Shown here: positions 1 to 10,486 of the stretch, in pieces | How the letters are laid out: the number at the start of each line of letters is the position of its first letter | How positions within the stretch are numbered: the first letter of the stretch is position 1 | Source: an uncultured virus (IMG/VR IMGVR_UViG_3300024343_000009) | Lineage: Duplodnaviria; Heunggongvirae; Uroviricota; Caudoviricetes | Strand: one strand, 5' to 3' | Virus record (IMG/VR): IMGVR_UViG_3300024343_000009 | Coordinates: 1 to 64,000 of that record | DNA length: 64,000 nt | Notes under the pieces: model-generated | The model's database searches: none | Told to the model about the DNA's origin: nothing | Seen by the model: only the letters and a program-made list of their open reading frames with translations | Program-made: the position numbers and the translations under genes

Positions 1-1
1 T

Positions 2-130
2 ACTGATAACTCAGGCGGAGCAGGTAGAGATGGAACAGGCTCAGGTGGCGGAGGAAATAATCACACAGGTGGTAATGGTGCAAAGGGAGGAAACGGCGTA
101 GCTATTATTACATACTACGTTAAGGCATAA
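2..130 (+). CDS. C-terminal fragment of a glycine-rich tail fibre-like protein (truncated by window edge)
   Basis: Manual translation TDNSGGAGRDGTGSGGGGNNHTGGNGAKGGNGVAIITYYVKA*; the ending matches that of 656..1591 (GVCKITYWVKA). Confidence 0.7.
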   Translation, partial: TDNSGGAGRDGTGSGGGGNNHTGGNGAKGGNGVAIITYYVKA

Positions 131-132
131 TT

Positions 133-411
133 ATGAGAAATTACGTATTTATTAATGAAGACGGTACAGTTCATAACATATTAAACCTAGTTGGCCCAGA
201 AGCAATTGCTGCAAATGATGATTTAAAGGATTTGCTACATTTTGATTACACAGATTGGGCAGAAGAAGACAAGCCAGCCCCAAGCTGGACATATAACAGA
301 GAAACAGAACAATGGAATAAGATTTTGCCATTTACTGCACCAATTCCAACAACACATCTTGTAGAGATTACAGAGCCAGCAGCGGATGAATTAGCAGGAG
401 GTAATGAATAA
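133..411 (+). CDS. small acidic fibre-associated protein
   Basis: 92 aa; similar layout to the next ORF (V-x-N-hydrophobic, P-x-x-x-W, then P); lies between Gly-rich fibre genes. Confidence 0.5.
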   Translation: MRNYVFINEDGTVHNILNLVGPEAIAANDDLKDLLHFDYTDWAEEDKPAPSWTYNRETEQWNKILPFTAPIPTTHLVEITEPAADELAGGNE

Positions 412-656
412 TGTCAAAGACATGGGCAATTTTAGTAGATAATGTTATTGGAAATGTTGTAGTTGCAGACCAGGAGTTTATTGAGTCTCATCCAGATTTT
501 TCACAGTTAGATAAAATTGATATTACTGATTATGATCCAATGCCAGGAGTAGCATGGAAATTAGAAGATAATAAATTTATTGCACCAGAGCATGTAAAGC
601 CAAAAGCAGATCATGTTCTAGATGACGGACTTCATGAAATCGAGGTAAAAGCATAA
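411..656 (+). CDS. small fibre-associated protein (paralogue of 133..411)
   Basis: 81 aa; TAATG stop/start overlaps at both ends. Confidence 0.5.
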   Translation: MSKTWAILVDNVIGNVVVADQEFIESHPDFSQLDKIDITDYDPMPGVAWKLEDNKFIAPEHVKPKADHVLDDGLHEIEVKA

Positions 657-1591
657 TGGCAACATACGGAACAATTAATCAAATTTATGTACCAGGATTA
701 GATACAGCAATTCAATCTGCAACAACAACTCTTTCAACATCAGTTGCTGTTCCGCTAATTGCTGCAAATCTTGCAGGGTTTTATAATGCTTATGAAGTAA
801 CAATTCTAAGCGGAGGATCATGGGTGAGACCAGTAAACAGCGCACCAATGGTAGAAGTAACACTCGTTGGCGGTGGCGGTGGCGGAGGCTGCACAAATGG
901 ATCTGTTAATCATGGTGGCGGTGGAGCAGGACAACTTTTAAAAAGAATTGTGAGCATTGCTTCAGTACCAGTTGGACAAGGAATTTCAATTGGAATTGCA
1001 GGAGGCGGAACTTGTAATGCACAGGGTGGAAACTCAACATTTGGAACTTCAGGACAGCCATTCTATATGGTTGCATATGGTGGAGGATCAACACAAGGTA
1101 ATGGTCAATCTGGTTCATGTGGTCCAGGAGCAGATAATATTACAGGAATTGGCTCAGGTGGCGGAGGTCAAGGAGAATGGGTAAACTCATGGGGAGCAGG
1201 CGGTGGCGGTGGCGGAGCAGGCGGTGCTGGACATCAGCCTAACGTTCACTTTACAAGCTCAGGAGGATACTCAGGATACTTTGGTGGATCAAGAGCATCA
1301 TCAGAAGGATCTTCAGGCGGTGGCCCAGGATGGGCAAACTCAAATGATTCTGGAAGACGTGCACAAGGTGGACAAGGTGGTTCAGGACTTTATGGACTTG
1401 CTGGCGGTGGCGGAGGATCAGGAAGAGGCACAGGTGGCGGAGGATCAAATGGCGGAGGCCAAGGTTATGGAGACTACATTGGAACACCAAGAGCAGATGC
1501 ACAACCAAATACAGGTTCTGGTGGCGGTGGCGGTGGAGGAAACACTGGTGGTTCAGGAGTCTGCAAGATTACCTATTGGGTAAAAGCTTAA
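656..1591 (+). CDS. glycine-rich tail fibre/adhesin-like protein
   Basis: VEVTLVGGGGGGG, GGNSTFG, AYGGG, NTGSGGGGGGG..GGSGVCKITY motifs typical of phage glycine-rich domains. Confidence 0.7.
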   Translation: MATYGTINQIYVPGLDTAIQSATTTLSTSVAVPLIAANLAGFYNAYEVTILSGGSWVRPVNSAPMVEVTLVGGGGGGGCTNGSVNHGGGGAGQLLKRIVSIASVPVGQGISIGIAGGGTCNAQGGNSTFGTSGQPFYMVAYGGGSTQGNGQSGSCGPGADNITGIGSGGGGQGEWVNSWGAGGGGGGAGGAGHQPNVHFTSSGGYSGYFGGSRASSEGSSGGGPGWANSNDSGRRAQGGQGGSGLYGLAGGGGGSGRGTGGGGSNGGGQGYGDYIGTPRADAQPNTGSGGGGGGGNTGGSGVCKITYWVKA

Positions 1592-1618
1592 TAATTAAAG
1601 AAATAAAAGGAGAATAAA

Positions 1619-2056
1619 ATGCCAGTATCAATGACCCCACAGGCTGTTACACCATCTTTGTGGACATACACATACCTTCAAGCACCAATTAATGGTCAAG
1701 GGTTTACATACTTTAACATTCCAGTAGAGTTTTCTGATTTGGGAACAAGAAACGCTGGAGGAACAGCAACCTGCGATTTATCAGCAGCTGGGGTATTCAA
1801 GGTGATTGCAAACGGAAATATGACTGTAGCATTCACAAACTTTCCATCAACAGCAAAAGCTGCTTTTTGGCAAGTTGAAATCAAGGCTGGTGGATCATAC
1901 ACAATTACATGGCCAGGAGTCGTTAAGTGGGATGGTGGCGGAGCTGCAAACGTAGCACCACTTCTATCAACAAATACAACACTTTTGAACTTCTACACAA
2001 AAGACGGTGGAGCAACTGTCTACGGCGGATACGCATTCGCTGATCTATTTATTTAA
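1619..2056 (+). CDS. virion structural/fibre protein
   Basis: SD AGGAG upstream; ITWPGVVKWDGG..APLLS motif seen in phage fibre C-terminal domains. Confidence 0.55.
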   Translation: MPVSMTPQAVTPSLWTYTYLQAPINGQGFTYFNIPVEFSDLGTRNAGGTATCDLSAAGVFKVIANGNMTVAFTNFPSTAKAAFWQVEIKAGGSYTITWPGVVKWDGGGAANVAPLLSTNTTLLNFYTKDGGATVYGGYAFADLFI

Positions 2057-2073
2057 TATTAAAAGGGGAATCC

Positions 2074-2517
2074 ATGTACGCAATAGTTAAGGATAAAGAA
2101 ATCATCAACGTTGGTGAAATAACAGTATTATTTCCAAATACTTCATTTCCTGCTAGTGGCGACTATGGAGACTTTATAAAAGAAAATGATCTATATCCAG
2201 TTGTTACTGATTTAGATTATGATTCAAATACTGAAAAGCTAGTACCATGTGCTCCTTACATTAAAAGCAAAAAGGTTTATAATGTTGAAGTTCAACCAAT
2301 TTCTGCAGAAGATCAAAAAGATATTTTGCTGGCGCATATCGACTTTGAACTTATTTCTACAGAAGGCTTGGAAACAAAATCTGATTTATCTGCAAAAGAT
2401 AAGCAGGCGTGGGTAAAGTATAGAGAAAAGCTTAACTTATTAAAAGAATATTCAAATGTATCAGAGATTACATGGCCAGAAAAGCCTGTAGTTTATGGTG
2501 GAACAGAGGAAAACTAA
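2074..2517 (+). CDS. tail fibre assembly chaperone-like protein
   Basis: C-terminal W-x-x-YR...L...I-x-WP-x-KP motif of Tfa-type chaperones. Confidence 0.6.
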   Translation: MYAIVKDKEIINVGEITVLFPNTSFPASGDYGDFIKENDLYPVVTDLDYDSNTEKLVPCAPYIKSKKVYNVEVQPISAEDQKDILLAHIDFELISTEGLETKSDLSAKDKQAWVKYREKLNLLKEYSNVSEITWPEKPVVYGGTEEN

Positions 2518-3234
2518 TTGCTACCTAATCAGCGTTCAAATTTTCGTAGAGCTAGATTTACAACATTAGGTCTAAGACTGCATTTAGATGCTTCTCTTCC
2601 AGCGACAGTCATTAGAGACGGATCTAACTTTGTTTCAGCATGGAACGATAAGTCTGGCGCAGGAAGACACATGGTACAAGCAACACAGGCGAATAAGCCA
2701 CAATTTCAAGTAACAGGACTAGGTGGACTCGGTGCCATTCAGTTTGATGGTGTGGATGATTTTATGACTTTCTCAGATCAAACCCTGGCATATATTGCTG
2801 GAAGATCTTTTACAATTTTTTATGTTGCATCAAAACCAGCAAATAATAATACATGGGTTTTTGGTGGAACAAATACAGGAACAAGAACAAATCTTTATGC
2901 AGGCAACTTGACAGCTAATACACACAGAGTTGGATTTTATAATGACGATCAAGGATCTATTGTCACAGCAGCTGCTTCAGGAATAACAGAAATTTATACA
3001 ATTATTTATGATTCATCAAATAACCAGAGAACTATAAGAAGAAATAGGGTTGAAGTATCTCGTGCCGTAACTAGTGGATCAGTTGCTTCAATGACTGGCC
3101 AAGCAATTGGTAGATATGTGTCATCTTATGGCAACTTTAAAATTGGAGAATTCTTAATTTACGATAGAGCTTTACAGTTTGCAGAACAAGAAACTGTTGA
3201 AAAAGATCTAATATCTAAGTGGTCTATAGTCTAA
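2518..3234 (+). CDS. LamG/concanavalin A-like lectin domain protein
   Basis: LHLDAS...VSAWNDKSG, FDGVDD, IGEFLIYDRAL...KW; TTG start. Confidence 0.7.
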   Translation: MLPNQRSNFRRARFTTLGLRLHLDASLPATVIRDGSNFVSAWNDKSGAGRHMVQATQANKPQFQVTGLGGLGAIQFDGVDDFMTFSDQTLAYIAGRSFTIFYVASKPANNNTWVFGGTNTGTRTNLYAGNLTANTHRVGFYNDDQGSIVTAAASGITEIYTIIYDSSNNQRTIRRNRVEVSRAVTSGSVASMTGQAIGRYVSSYGNFKIGEFLIYDRALQFAEQETVEKDLISKWSIV

Positions 3235-3247
3235 GGGGGATTAAAGT

Positions 3248-5617
3248 ATGTCATATGCTCCAATTAGATTTGCAGGACCTTCTTTAATCCCAGCATCTCC
3301 AGCTAAAATTTACACAGCTGTATCTACAATAATCATTAAAGAATTTACCGTAACAAATTTTAGCGGTTCAACTTTGCCGTTCAGCATATTTTTATTAGGT
3401 GAAAATGGCGATCAAGTAATTAATCTTTATGGTGTAAATAGATCTAGTTTGGATCCCTATACACTTTATGGAAATGTAAATGTACAAAATAACACAACAC
3501 TTAAACTAGAACATTCATTAATTTTAAATGCTGGAGAGTCAATTGCAGCAGTTACAACAACACCAAATTGCTACTCATTAACAATATCTGGAGTTGATCT
3601 TTCAGGTACACTTTCAGGTGGAGGATCAGGCGGAGGAACAACAGGAGCATCAGGAGCAGGTTATTCAGATATTACTTCAATAACAACAAATGCTGTAACA
3701 ACAGGATCAAAAGTATTTTATGTAAATAATAGCGGGGCTTATACTGCAGGACAACGTGTGCGTGTAATTAATCCACTTGCACTAACAACTTATGTTGAGG
3801 GTACAATTACACAAGTTGTAAAAAATGTAAGTATAACTGTAGCAGTAGATGCAAAAAATGGAACAGGTACTTATTCTGATTGGGTATTTGCTGTAACTGG
3901 AAATCCAGGAGTTAATGGCACAATTGGAGTTAATGGTGCAGCTGGCCCAACTGGTCCAACTGGAGCAGCGGGAGCAACAGGCCCAACTGGTTCTACAGGC
4001 GCAACTGGACAAGGACTGACACTTCAAAATGTTGTTGCTAACGTTGGAGCACTACCAACAACAGCACCACTTGGCGCAGCATATATAATTTCATCAACTC
4101 AAGAAATTTATATTTATAGTGGGCTTGCCTGGGTAAATGGTGGTACATACAAGGGGCCAACAGGTTCTACTGGGCCAACAGGTTCTACTGGGCCAACAGG
4201 ATCAACAGGAGCAACTGGCGCAGCTGGAAGATCAATTAATGTTAAAGGCACAAAAGCCAATGTTGCAGCTTTACCATCTTCAGGAAATGTTTCTGGAGAT
4301 TCATGGATTGTTTTAACAGACTTACACTTGTATGTTTGGGATGGAACAGCTTGGTTAGATGCTGGGCAGTTCCAGGGCCCAACAGGTGCAACTGGACCAG
4401 CAACGATATCTATTGGAACAGTTACCACTACAGGACCAACAGGCGTTGCATCTATAACAAATTCTGGTTCAGGCACAGTTGGAGTTTTTGATTTTGTTTT
4501 ACCACAAGGACCAGTAGGAGCAACTGGAGCAACTGGAAATGCTGCAACTGTCGCAATAGGAACTATAACATCTACTGGGCCAACTGGAATTCCTTCTGTT
4601 ACAAATGTTGGAACACCAACAGCAGCACTTCTAGACTTTTTATTAAAACAAGGTCCAACAGGCCCAACAGGTCCAGCAGGTCCAACAACCATAACAATTG
4701 GATCGGTAACCCCAACAGGCCCAACAGGTGTTCCAGGGATAACAAATTCAGGTACTACAACAGATCTTGTTTTAAATTTCACACTAGCACAAGGTCCAAC
4801 AGGTGCAGTAGGAGCTACAGGACCTACAGGTGCAGCAAGCACAGCAGTAGGCCCAACTGGCCCAGCAGGTGTCACAGGTCCTACAGGTGCAACAGGAACA
4901 GCTGGGGCTGATGGAACATCAGTAAGAATATTAGGCACCTATGCATCAGAAGCTGCACTTAACGCAGCACGTCCAACAGGAACATTGGGTGACGGATACT
5001 TAATTACTGGACAACTTTATGTTTGGACGGGATCTGCTTGGGTAAATGTTGGAAGCATTCAAGGCCCAACAGGCTCAACAGGGCCAACAGGTGCATCTAT
5101 TACAGGGCCAACAGGCCCAGCAGGCGCAACAGGTGCAACTGGCTCAAACGGCTCTAGCATTCAGGGACCAACAGGTCCAGCAGGTGCAACGGGCCCAGCG
5201 GGACCAACAGGTGCAACAGGTGCAACTGGGTCAGGCTTACAGGGACCAACAGGTCCTACAGGCGCAACAGGGCCTTCTGGAGGACCAACTGGCCCTACTG
5301 GAGTAAGTATTGTACAGAATTTCCAGGTAACAAATAGCGGTTCAAGCGGATATTCTGTTGATGGAACAAACAATAAAGCTTTAACATTAGTAAGAGGCCA
5401 AACATATTTCTTTACTATAAATGCTGCAGGACACCCGTTCTGGATTAAAACAACACAATCTACAGGCACAGGTAACCAGTATAATACTGGAGTAACTAAT
5501 AACGGATCTGAAGTTGGTGGAATTACATTTACTGTTGACGCAACTGCCCCAAATACGTTATACTATATTTGTCAGTTCCACTCTTCAATGACAGGTGCCA
5601 TAAATATAATTGGCTAA
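3248..5617 (+). CDS. collagen-like (Gly-X-Thr) fibre protein with C-terminal cupredoxin-like domain
   Basis: Many GPT/GAT/GST triplets interrupted by repeated small domains; C-terminus GHPFWI...[17 protein letters not shown]. Confidence 0.8.
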   Translation: MSYAPIRFAGPSLIPASPAKIYTAVSTIIIKEFTVTNFSGSTLPFSIFLLGENGDQVINLYGVNRSSLDPYTLYGNVNVQNNTTLKLEHSLILNAGESIAAVTTTPNCYSLTISGVDLSGTLSGGGSGGGTTGASGAGYSDITSITTNAVTTGSKVFYVNNSGAYTAGQRVRVINPLALTTYVEGTITQVVKNVSITVAVDAKNGTGTYSDWVFAVTGNPGVNGTIGVNGAAGPTGPTGAAGATGPTGSTGATGQGLTLQNVVANVGALPTTAPLGAAYIISSTQEIYIYSGLAWVNGGTYKGPTGSTGPTGSTGPTGSTGATGAAGRSINVKGTKANVAALPSSGNVSGDSWIVLTDLHLYVWDGTAWLDAGQFQGPTGATGPATISIGTVTTTGPTGVASITNSGSGTVGVFDFVLPQGPVGATGATGNAATVAIGTITSTGPTGIPSVTNVGTPTAALLDFLLKQGPTGPTGPAGPTTITIGSVTPTGPTGVPGITNSGTTTDLVLNFTLAQGPTGAVGATGPTGAASTAVGPTGPAGVTGPTGATGTAGADGTSVRILGTYASEAALNAARPTGTLGDGYLITGQLYVWTGSAWVNVGSIQGPTGSTGPTGASITGPTGPAGATGATGSNGSSIQGPTGPAGATGPAGPTGATGATGSGLQGPTGPTGATGPSGGPTGPTGVSIVQNFQVTNSGSSGYSVDGTNNKALTLVRGQTYFFTINAAGHPFWIKTTQSTGTGNQYNTGVTNNGSEVGGITFTVDATAPNTLYYICQFHSSMTGAINIIG
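4155..4200 (+). repeat. 18-bp tandem repeat (GGGCCAACAGGTTCTACT) in collagen-coding region
   Basis: About 2.5 copies visible, encoding GPTGST. Confidence 0.75.
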
Positions 5618-5635
5618 ATAAAAGTCAGGATGTAA

Positions 5636-6697
5636 ATGAAAATAGCAGTATACACAATTGCTTTAAATGAAGAGCAATTTGTTGAGCGTTGGTACGAGTC
5701 TGCAAAATATGCTGACTGTTTATTAATTGCAGACACAGGCTCTACAGATAAAACAAAAGAAATAGCATCAAAACTTGGTATAGAAGTTCATTCTATATCC
5801 GTGGCTCCCTGGCGATTTGATGATGCTAGAAATGCAGCACTTGCATTAATTCCTTCAGATATAGATTACTGCATATCTTTAGATATGGATGAGATATTAT
5901 CAGAAGGTTGGCGGGAAGAATTAGAAAAACTGCCATCTACAGTAACAAGACCAATACATAGGCTTGTAACATCATTTGATGAAAATGGAATTCCAGGCGT
6001 TGAGTTTGATGCATTAAGAATTCACTCAAGACATGGACATCGGTGGAAATATCCAATTCATGAATCTGTTGCATTTTATGGCATAGATGAAGTAAGACAG
6101 GATGTGGATATTAAAATATTTCACCATCCAGATAATAATAAATCTAGAGGACAGTACTTGCCTTTGCTGCAAATGGCAGCACAAGAAGATCCAACAAGCG
6201 ATAGATGTGCTCATTATTATGCAAGAGAATTGTACTACTATGCCAGGTATGAAGATGCAGCAGCAGAATTTAAAAGACATTTATCGCTGCCTTCCGCATT
6301 CTGGAAACCAGAAAGATGTGAGTCAATGCGCTACATTGCAAAGTGTGAGCCTAACGATAGAGAGTATTGGCTTAGACTGGCTATTGCAGAGTGTCCAGAA
6401 AGAAGAGAGCCTTTTGTAGATCTTGCTCAATATTTTTATGAGCTTAAAGAGTGGGATAGAGTAAAAGAGTACTCACAGCTTGCCTTGAATATAAAAGAAA
6501 AATTCTTGGGTTATTTTTGTGAAACAGATGCTTGGGGCTGGAAGCCTCATGATCTAATGGCTTTGGCCAACTACAATTTAGGGCTAGATGAAGAGGCATT
6601 ACTTCATGGTAAAATTGCATTAGATCTTAATAATGATGATAGGCTAAAAAAGAATGTAGAATTCTACGAGCTAGCCTTGTCAAACAATGGAGAGTAA
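5636..6697 (+). CDS. GT2 family glycosyltransferase with C-terminal TPR-like repeats
   Basis: IALNEE, DTGSTDKT, FDDARNAAL, DxD-type LDMDE, W-x-YPIHE, then helical TPR-like region. Confidence 0.85.
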   Translation: MKIAVYTIALNEEQFVERWYESAKYADCLLIADTGSTDKTKEIASKLGIEVHSISVAPWRFDDARNAALALIPSDIDYCISLDMDEILSEGWREELEKLPSTVTRPIHRLVTSFDENGIPGVEFDALRIHSRHGHRWKYPIHESVAFYGIDEVRQDVDIKIFHHPDNNKSRGQYLPLLQMAAQEDPTSDRCAHYYARELYYYARYEDAAAEFKRHLSLPSAFWKPERCESMRYIAKCEPNDREYWLRLAIAECPERREPFVDLAQYFYELKEWDRVKEYSQLALNIKEKFLGYFCETDAWGWKPHDLMALANYNLGLDEEALLHGKIALDLNNDDRLKKNVEFYELALSNNGE

Positions 6698-8457
6698 TGT
6701 CATATCGCTTAAAGGTAATAAAAGATAGCCCTATTGGTTTCTGGATGCTTGATGAATCATCAAGCAGTACAGTGGCTATGGATTATTCTGGTTGCAATAA
6801 TAATGGATCGTATACAGGTTCTCCTGCAACAAACATGTTGCCTTTAGTAACAGGCGGAGGATCAGGTACAAAAATTACTAACTCAGCATATGTAACTTTT
6901 CCATTAACAAACAACTATTATACAAGCACAACAACACCTGGGATGGCAACTAAATACTCATCCGATAACGATTTTACTATTGAATGCTGGATTAATCAAT
7001 CAATTAAGTCTAGCTCAAAAACAATATTGTTTGCTGACGATACAAACAAGATTGGTCTGTATTGGGATAACGGAGATATTGTTTTTAACATTTCTCAAAA
7101 TGATGAAATTAGATACCCAGTCACTTACTCAAAAAGATCAATGCATATAGTAGGAGTTTATTCTATATCTTCATTTTCCTTATATGTTGATGCAAGGCTT
7201 GTTGCAACAAAAGCATTATCTCCAGAATTTAAATTTACAAATACATCAATATCTTTGACATCAGGACCTACATCTAGCGCATTAGATTCTTTTGTGTTTG
7301 ATGCTCCAGCAGTATATAGATATTCTTTATCTCCTCAGTCTATATTAAATCATTACAATGCAGGAAGCGTTTCTGCCTCAGCAATACAAATTGTAGCTCC
7401 AGACGAAGGCGTACTATTTTCTGGAACAGACGCATCTATAAGAGCTCAGTTTCAATACTCCTATCCTATAAATAGAAGGTGGACTGAGTTTCTGGATGAA
7501 AATACTTATTATGATGAAAATGCAGGTTATATTTCTTTTTACAAAACAGATACCTCTACATCAAGAACTTTTGTAATTAATGATTTTCTTATGGTTCCAA
7601 GCGGTATACCTTATACAACTTCTAAGGTGGAGTGGAGAAATGATTTAAATATTTCTGTTGAGTCCAGCGTAGATGGAACGTCCTGGTCAAATTGCACAAA
7701 TGGAATGCCTCTGCCTCAGTATACAAAAGATTCGTTTAGCACAACAGGCTTAGTCTATATTAGAATAACAATGACAACACCTGATGCAAGCAAGTATCTT
7801 CCAAGGCTTGCTTATTTTGCTATTAGTTTTTATACAAACAAAGACGTATATGCAGATAATGGGGGATACAAAATAACCTCTCCCACAGAATACTATATAG
7901 GCTCATTAAATTATCCTGTGCTTTCAAGACATTACGATAATGGAATTAGAACAAAGCCAGGGTCTGGATTTAACCTGTCCGCTTCTTCTAACGTGCATGC
8001 CATAGAAATGCTTTTTACGCCCTCTACAAGCGCCGCTAACACCCTTATATATATTCCCGCAAGTGGATCTGTGGCAGAAACAAAGTATGCCTGGAATGGC
8101 TCAGGAACGGTTTCTAAGGCCAATGTGCTAGAAGTATTTGTAAATGGTGTAGACAGGACGGCAGCAACAAATATAAGCTCATTCCTAGTTCCAGAAGAAA
8201 TTCACCATATTGTAATTACTTTAGCTAGCCCAATAAAGGGAGATATACAGTTTAATTATTTAGTATCTGGTGGACCAACGTGTCTATATAACAATATAGC
8301 TGTATATCCAGACGATATAACTCAGCAGATTGCAATAAACCACTACAACCTATATATCGGAAAAATAATAACATCAGTATCCGATCCGTCCATTGTTGTA
8401 ACAGAAAAGCCATTCAAGGCTTACAATAATGACTGGATAGTGTTACAAAGTATATAA
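6697..8457 (+). CDS. LamG-domain virion structural protein
   Basis: DSPIGFWMLDE, DYSG.NNNGSY, FTIECWI, HIVGVY, LYVD, PAVYRYSLS..I..HY; second LamG-like segment at C-terminus. Confidence 0.7.
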   Translation: MSYRLKVIKDSPIGFWMLDESSSSTVAMDYSGCNNNGSYTGSPATNMLPLVTGGGSGTKITNSAYVTFPLTNNYYTSTTTPGMATKYSSDNDFTIECWINQSIKSSSKTILFADDTNKIGLYWDNGDIVFNISQNDEIRYPVTYSKRSMHIVGVYSISSFSLYVDARLVATKALSPEFKFTNTSISLTSGPTSSALDSFVFDAPAVYRYSLSPQSILNHYNAGSVSASAIQIVAPDEGVLFSGTDASIRAQFQYSYPINRRWTEFLDENTYYDENAGYISFYKTDTSTSRTFVINDFLMVPSGIPYTTSKVEWRNDLNISVESSVDGTSWSNCTNGMPLPQYTKDSFSTTGLVYIRITMTTPDASKYLPRLAYFAISFYTNKDVYADNGGYKITSPTEYYIGSLNYPVLSRHYDNGIRTKPGSGFNLSASSNVHAIEMLFTPSTSAANTLIYIPASGSVAETKYAWNGSGTVSKANVLEVFVNGVDRTAATNISSFLVPEEIHHIVITLASPIKGDIQFNYLVSGGPTCLYNNIAVYPDDITQQIAINHYNLYIGKIITSVSDPSIVVTEKPFKAYNNDWIVLQSI

Positions 8458-8520
8458 TTCTGTCACACTAGTTGACAAAAAGCTGGACTTGAGTAGATAA
8501 TAATGGTAAAATAAAGACCT

Positions 8521-8862
8521 ATGGATATTAATAACACTAAGTATAAAGTACTTGATGAAGAGAGCACACTAGGCATCTATGTCTGGGAGATGCCAGACGG
8601 ACGTTGGATTGGAGACGATGATGGGAATTTTCTTTCAGTCACGTCAAAAAAGAACAACCGATCAAGAATGGATGCTTTGGCTAGAGAAGTTCGCTCATAC
8701 GGTATTTATGAGGGCCAACCTAAATTCCTTTCTGCAAGAAGAAAAATTGATGACGAAGAATTTGAATACCAAAAACAAAGACTAAACTGGGGATTAATTC
8801 CAGACCCTATGGATATTGGTAATTACAAAGATGAAATGAAAAAGATGGGTGGCATGAGATGA
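8521..8862 (+). CDS. hypothetical protein immediately upstream of portal
   Basis: 113 aa; ATGA overlap with portal; TG-G-TAAAAT 8 nt upstream. Confidence 0.6.
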   Translation: MDINNTKYKVLDEESTLGIYVWEMPDGRWIGDDDGNFLSVTSKKNNRSRMDALAREVRSYGIYEGQPKFLSARRKIDDEEFEYQKQRLNWGLIPDPMDIGNYKDEMKKMGGMR

Positions 8863-10433
8863 TTGAATTTCAAGAAGAAGACGGAAGCACAATTGATATA
8901 TCAAACACAGCAGACTGGTTTTCTTTTAAAAAAGAGCAACCAACAAATGACCCATTTTCTATAAGCGGAGATGACCTAAGAAAAGTCAGAGGTTTGGGAG
9001 CATCTTTTAAGAGAAAGATTAATCGAGAATTCTCAAAATCATTTACAGGAATTGAAGGCGTAGGCACACAACAAAATCTTCTTGCACAAGCTATTAGCGG
9101 CTATGCAATGTTTGATCTTATTGAACCACCATACAATCAAGAATATCTGTCTAAAATCTATGAGGTCTCAACATATAATTATGCAGCAATCAATGCAAAG
9201 GTTGCTAACATTGTTGGATTAGGCTATGACTTTATTGAAACAAAAAAGACAAACGATGCATTTGATTCAATTACAGATGAAAAGCAATTAGAAAGAGCCC
9301 GTAAGAAGCTTAACAAGCTGCGTCAAGATTTGCACTCATGGCTTGATACAACAAATGAAGAGGATACCTTTACTCAAACACTAATTAAGGTTTATACAGA
9401 TTTAGAAGCAACAGGCAATGGCTACATTGAAATAGGAAGAACAACAGGCGGAAACATTGGATATATTGGGCATATTCCCGCAAAGACAATGCGTGTTCGC
9501 AGATTAAGAGATGGTTTTATTCAATTGCTTTATGGTAAGGCAGTTTTCTTTAATAATTTTGGTGATTCAGAAACAGAAAATCCTATTGCTGGACAAGAAG
9601 ACCGACCAAATGAAATTATTCATTTAAAGAAATATACACCAATGAACAATTACTATGGCGTTCCAGATATTGTAGCAGCACAAGTCGCCCTAACTGGTAA
9701 TGAATTTTCTGGAAGATACAACCTAGACTATTTTGAAAACAAGGCGGTCCCAAGATATATCATTACAGTAAAGGGAGCAAAGCTTTCACCAGAGTCAGAA
9801 AGAAAGCTTCTTGAGTTTTTCCAAGTTGGCCTTAAGGGCAAAAATCATAGATCCCTCTATGTACCACTGCCATCAGATACTCCAGACTCAAAGGTTGAGT
9901 TTAAGATGGAGCCAATTGAAGCGGGCAATCAAGAAGGCTCATTTGAAAAGTATCGTAAATCAAATAGAGATGAAATACTTCTTGCTCACCGTGTACCAAT
10001 TAATAAGATTGGAACCCCAGAAGGAGTTAATTTAGCAGTTGCTCGTGATGCAGATAAGACATTTAAAGAGCAGGTTTGCCGTCCAGCACAAATGATTTTA
10101 GAAAAGAAAATCAATAAAATATTTGACGAGAAGACAGATGCCTTAATATTAAAGTTTAATGAGCTGACATTGACCGATGAAGATACTCAGTCTAAAATTG
10201 ATGAGAGATATTTACGCATGCAGGTTATTACGCCTAATGAGGTTAGAATCAGAAAGGGCATGATTCCAATTGATGGTGGAGACCAGGTTGTTGAATTAAA
10301 GCCACAAGCAGCAGCAGAAGCAAAAGCCCAAGCTGGAAATACCAGACAAAGATCACAAGATCGCCAAGCAACCGCTCCAGATGTCTCTGGAGAAGGCAGA
10401 AATGCCAAGGGTGATGGCAGACAAGTTGACTAA
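8859..10433 (+). CDS. portal protein
   Basis: GNGYIE, EIIHLK, YYGVPD, YFEN.AVP..II, I..AHRVP, TPNEVR motifs of HK97/PBSX-type portals. Confidence 0.9.
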   Translation: MIEFQEEDGSTIDISNTADWFSFKKEQPTNDPFSISGDDLRKVRGLGASFKRKINREFSKSFTGIEGVGTQQNLLAQAISGYAMFDLIEPPYNQEYLSKIYEVSTYNYAAINAKVANIVGLGYDFIETKKTNDAFDSITDEKQLERARKKLNKLRQDLHSWLDTTNEEDTFTQTLIKVYTDLEATGNGYIEIGRTTGGNIGYIGHIPAKTMRVRRLRDGFIQLLYGKAVFFNNFGDSETENPIAGQEDRPNEIIHLKKYTPMNNYYGVPDIVAAQVALTGNEFSGRYNLDYFENKAVPRYIITVKGAKLSPESERKLLEFFQVGLKGKNHRSLYVPLPSDTPDSKVEFKMEPIEAGNQEGSFEKYRKSNRDEILLAHRVPINKIGTPEGVNLAVARDADKTFKEQVCRPAQMILEKKINKIFDEKTDALILKFNELTLTDEDTQSKIDERYLRMQVITPNEVRIRKGMIPIDGGDQVVELKPQAAAEAKAQAGNTRQRSQDRQATAPDVSGEGRNAKGDGRQVD

Positions 10434-10450
10434 CTTTACTCAACTGTTAT

Positions 10451-10479
10451 TTGCCTTTTTATATATAAGTCGCTAAAAT
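10451..10479 (+). promoter_or_regulatory. putative promoter TTGCCT-N17-TAAAAT (head genes)
   Basis: Same hexamers and spacing at 16112-16140; ATG 7 nt downstream. Confidence 0.55.
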
Positions 10480-10486
10480 TAAGCAT

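Noticed and set aside
4114..5469. Long minus-strand ORFs (4114..4938, 5161..5469) with PVGPV repeats
   Set aside because: Antisense shadows of the collagen codons; no start signals
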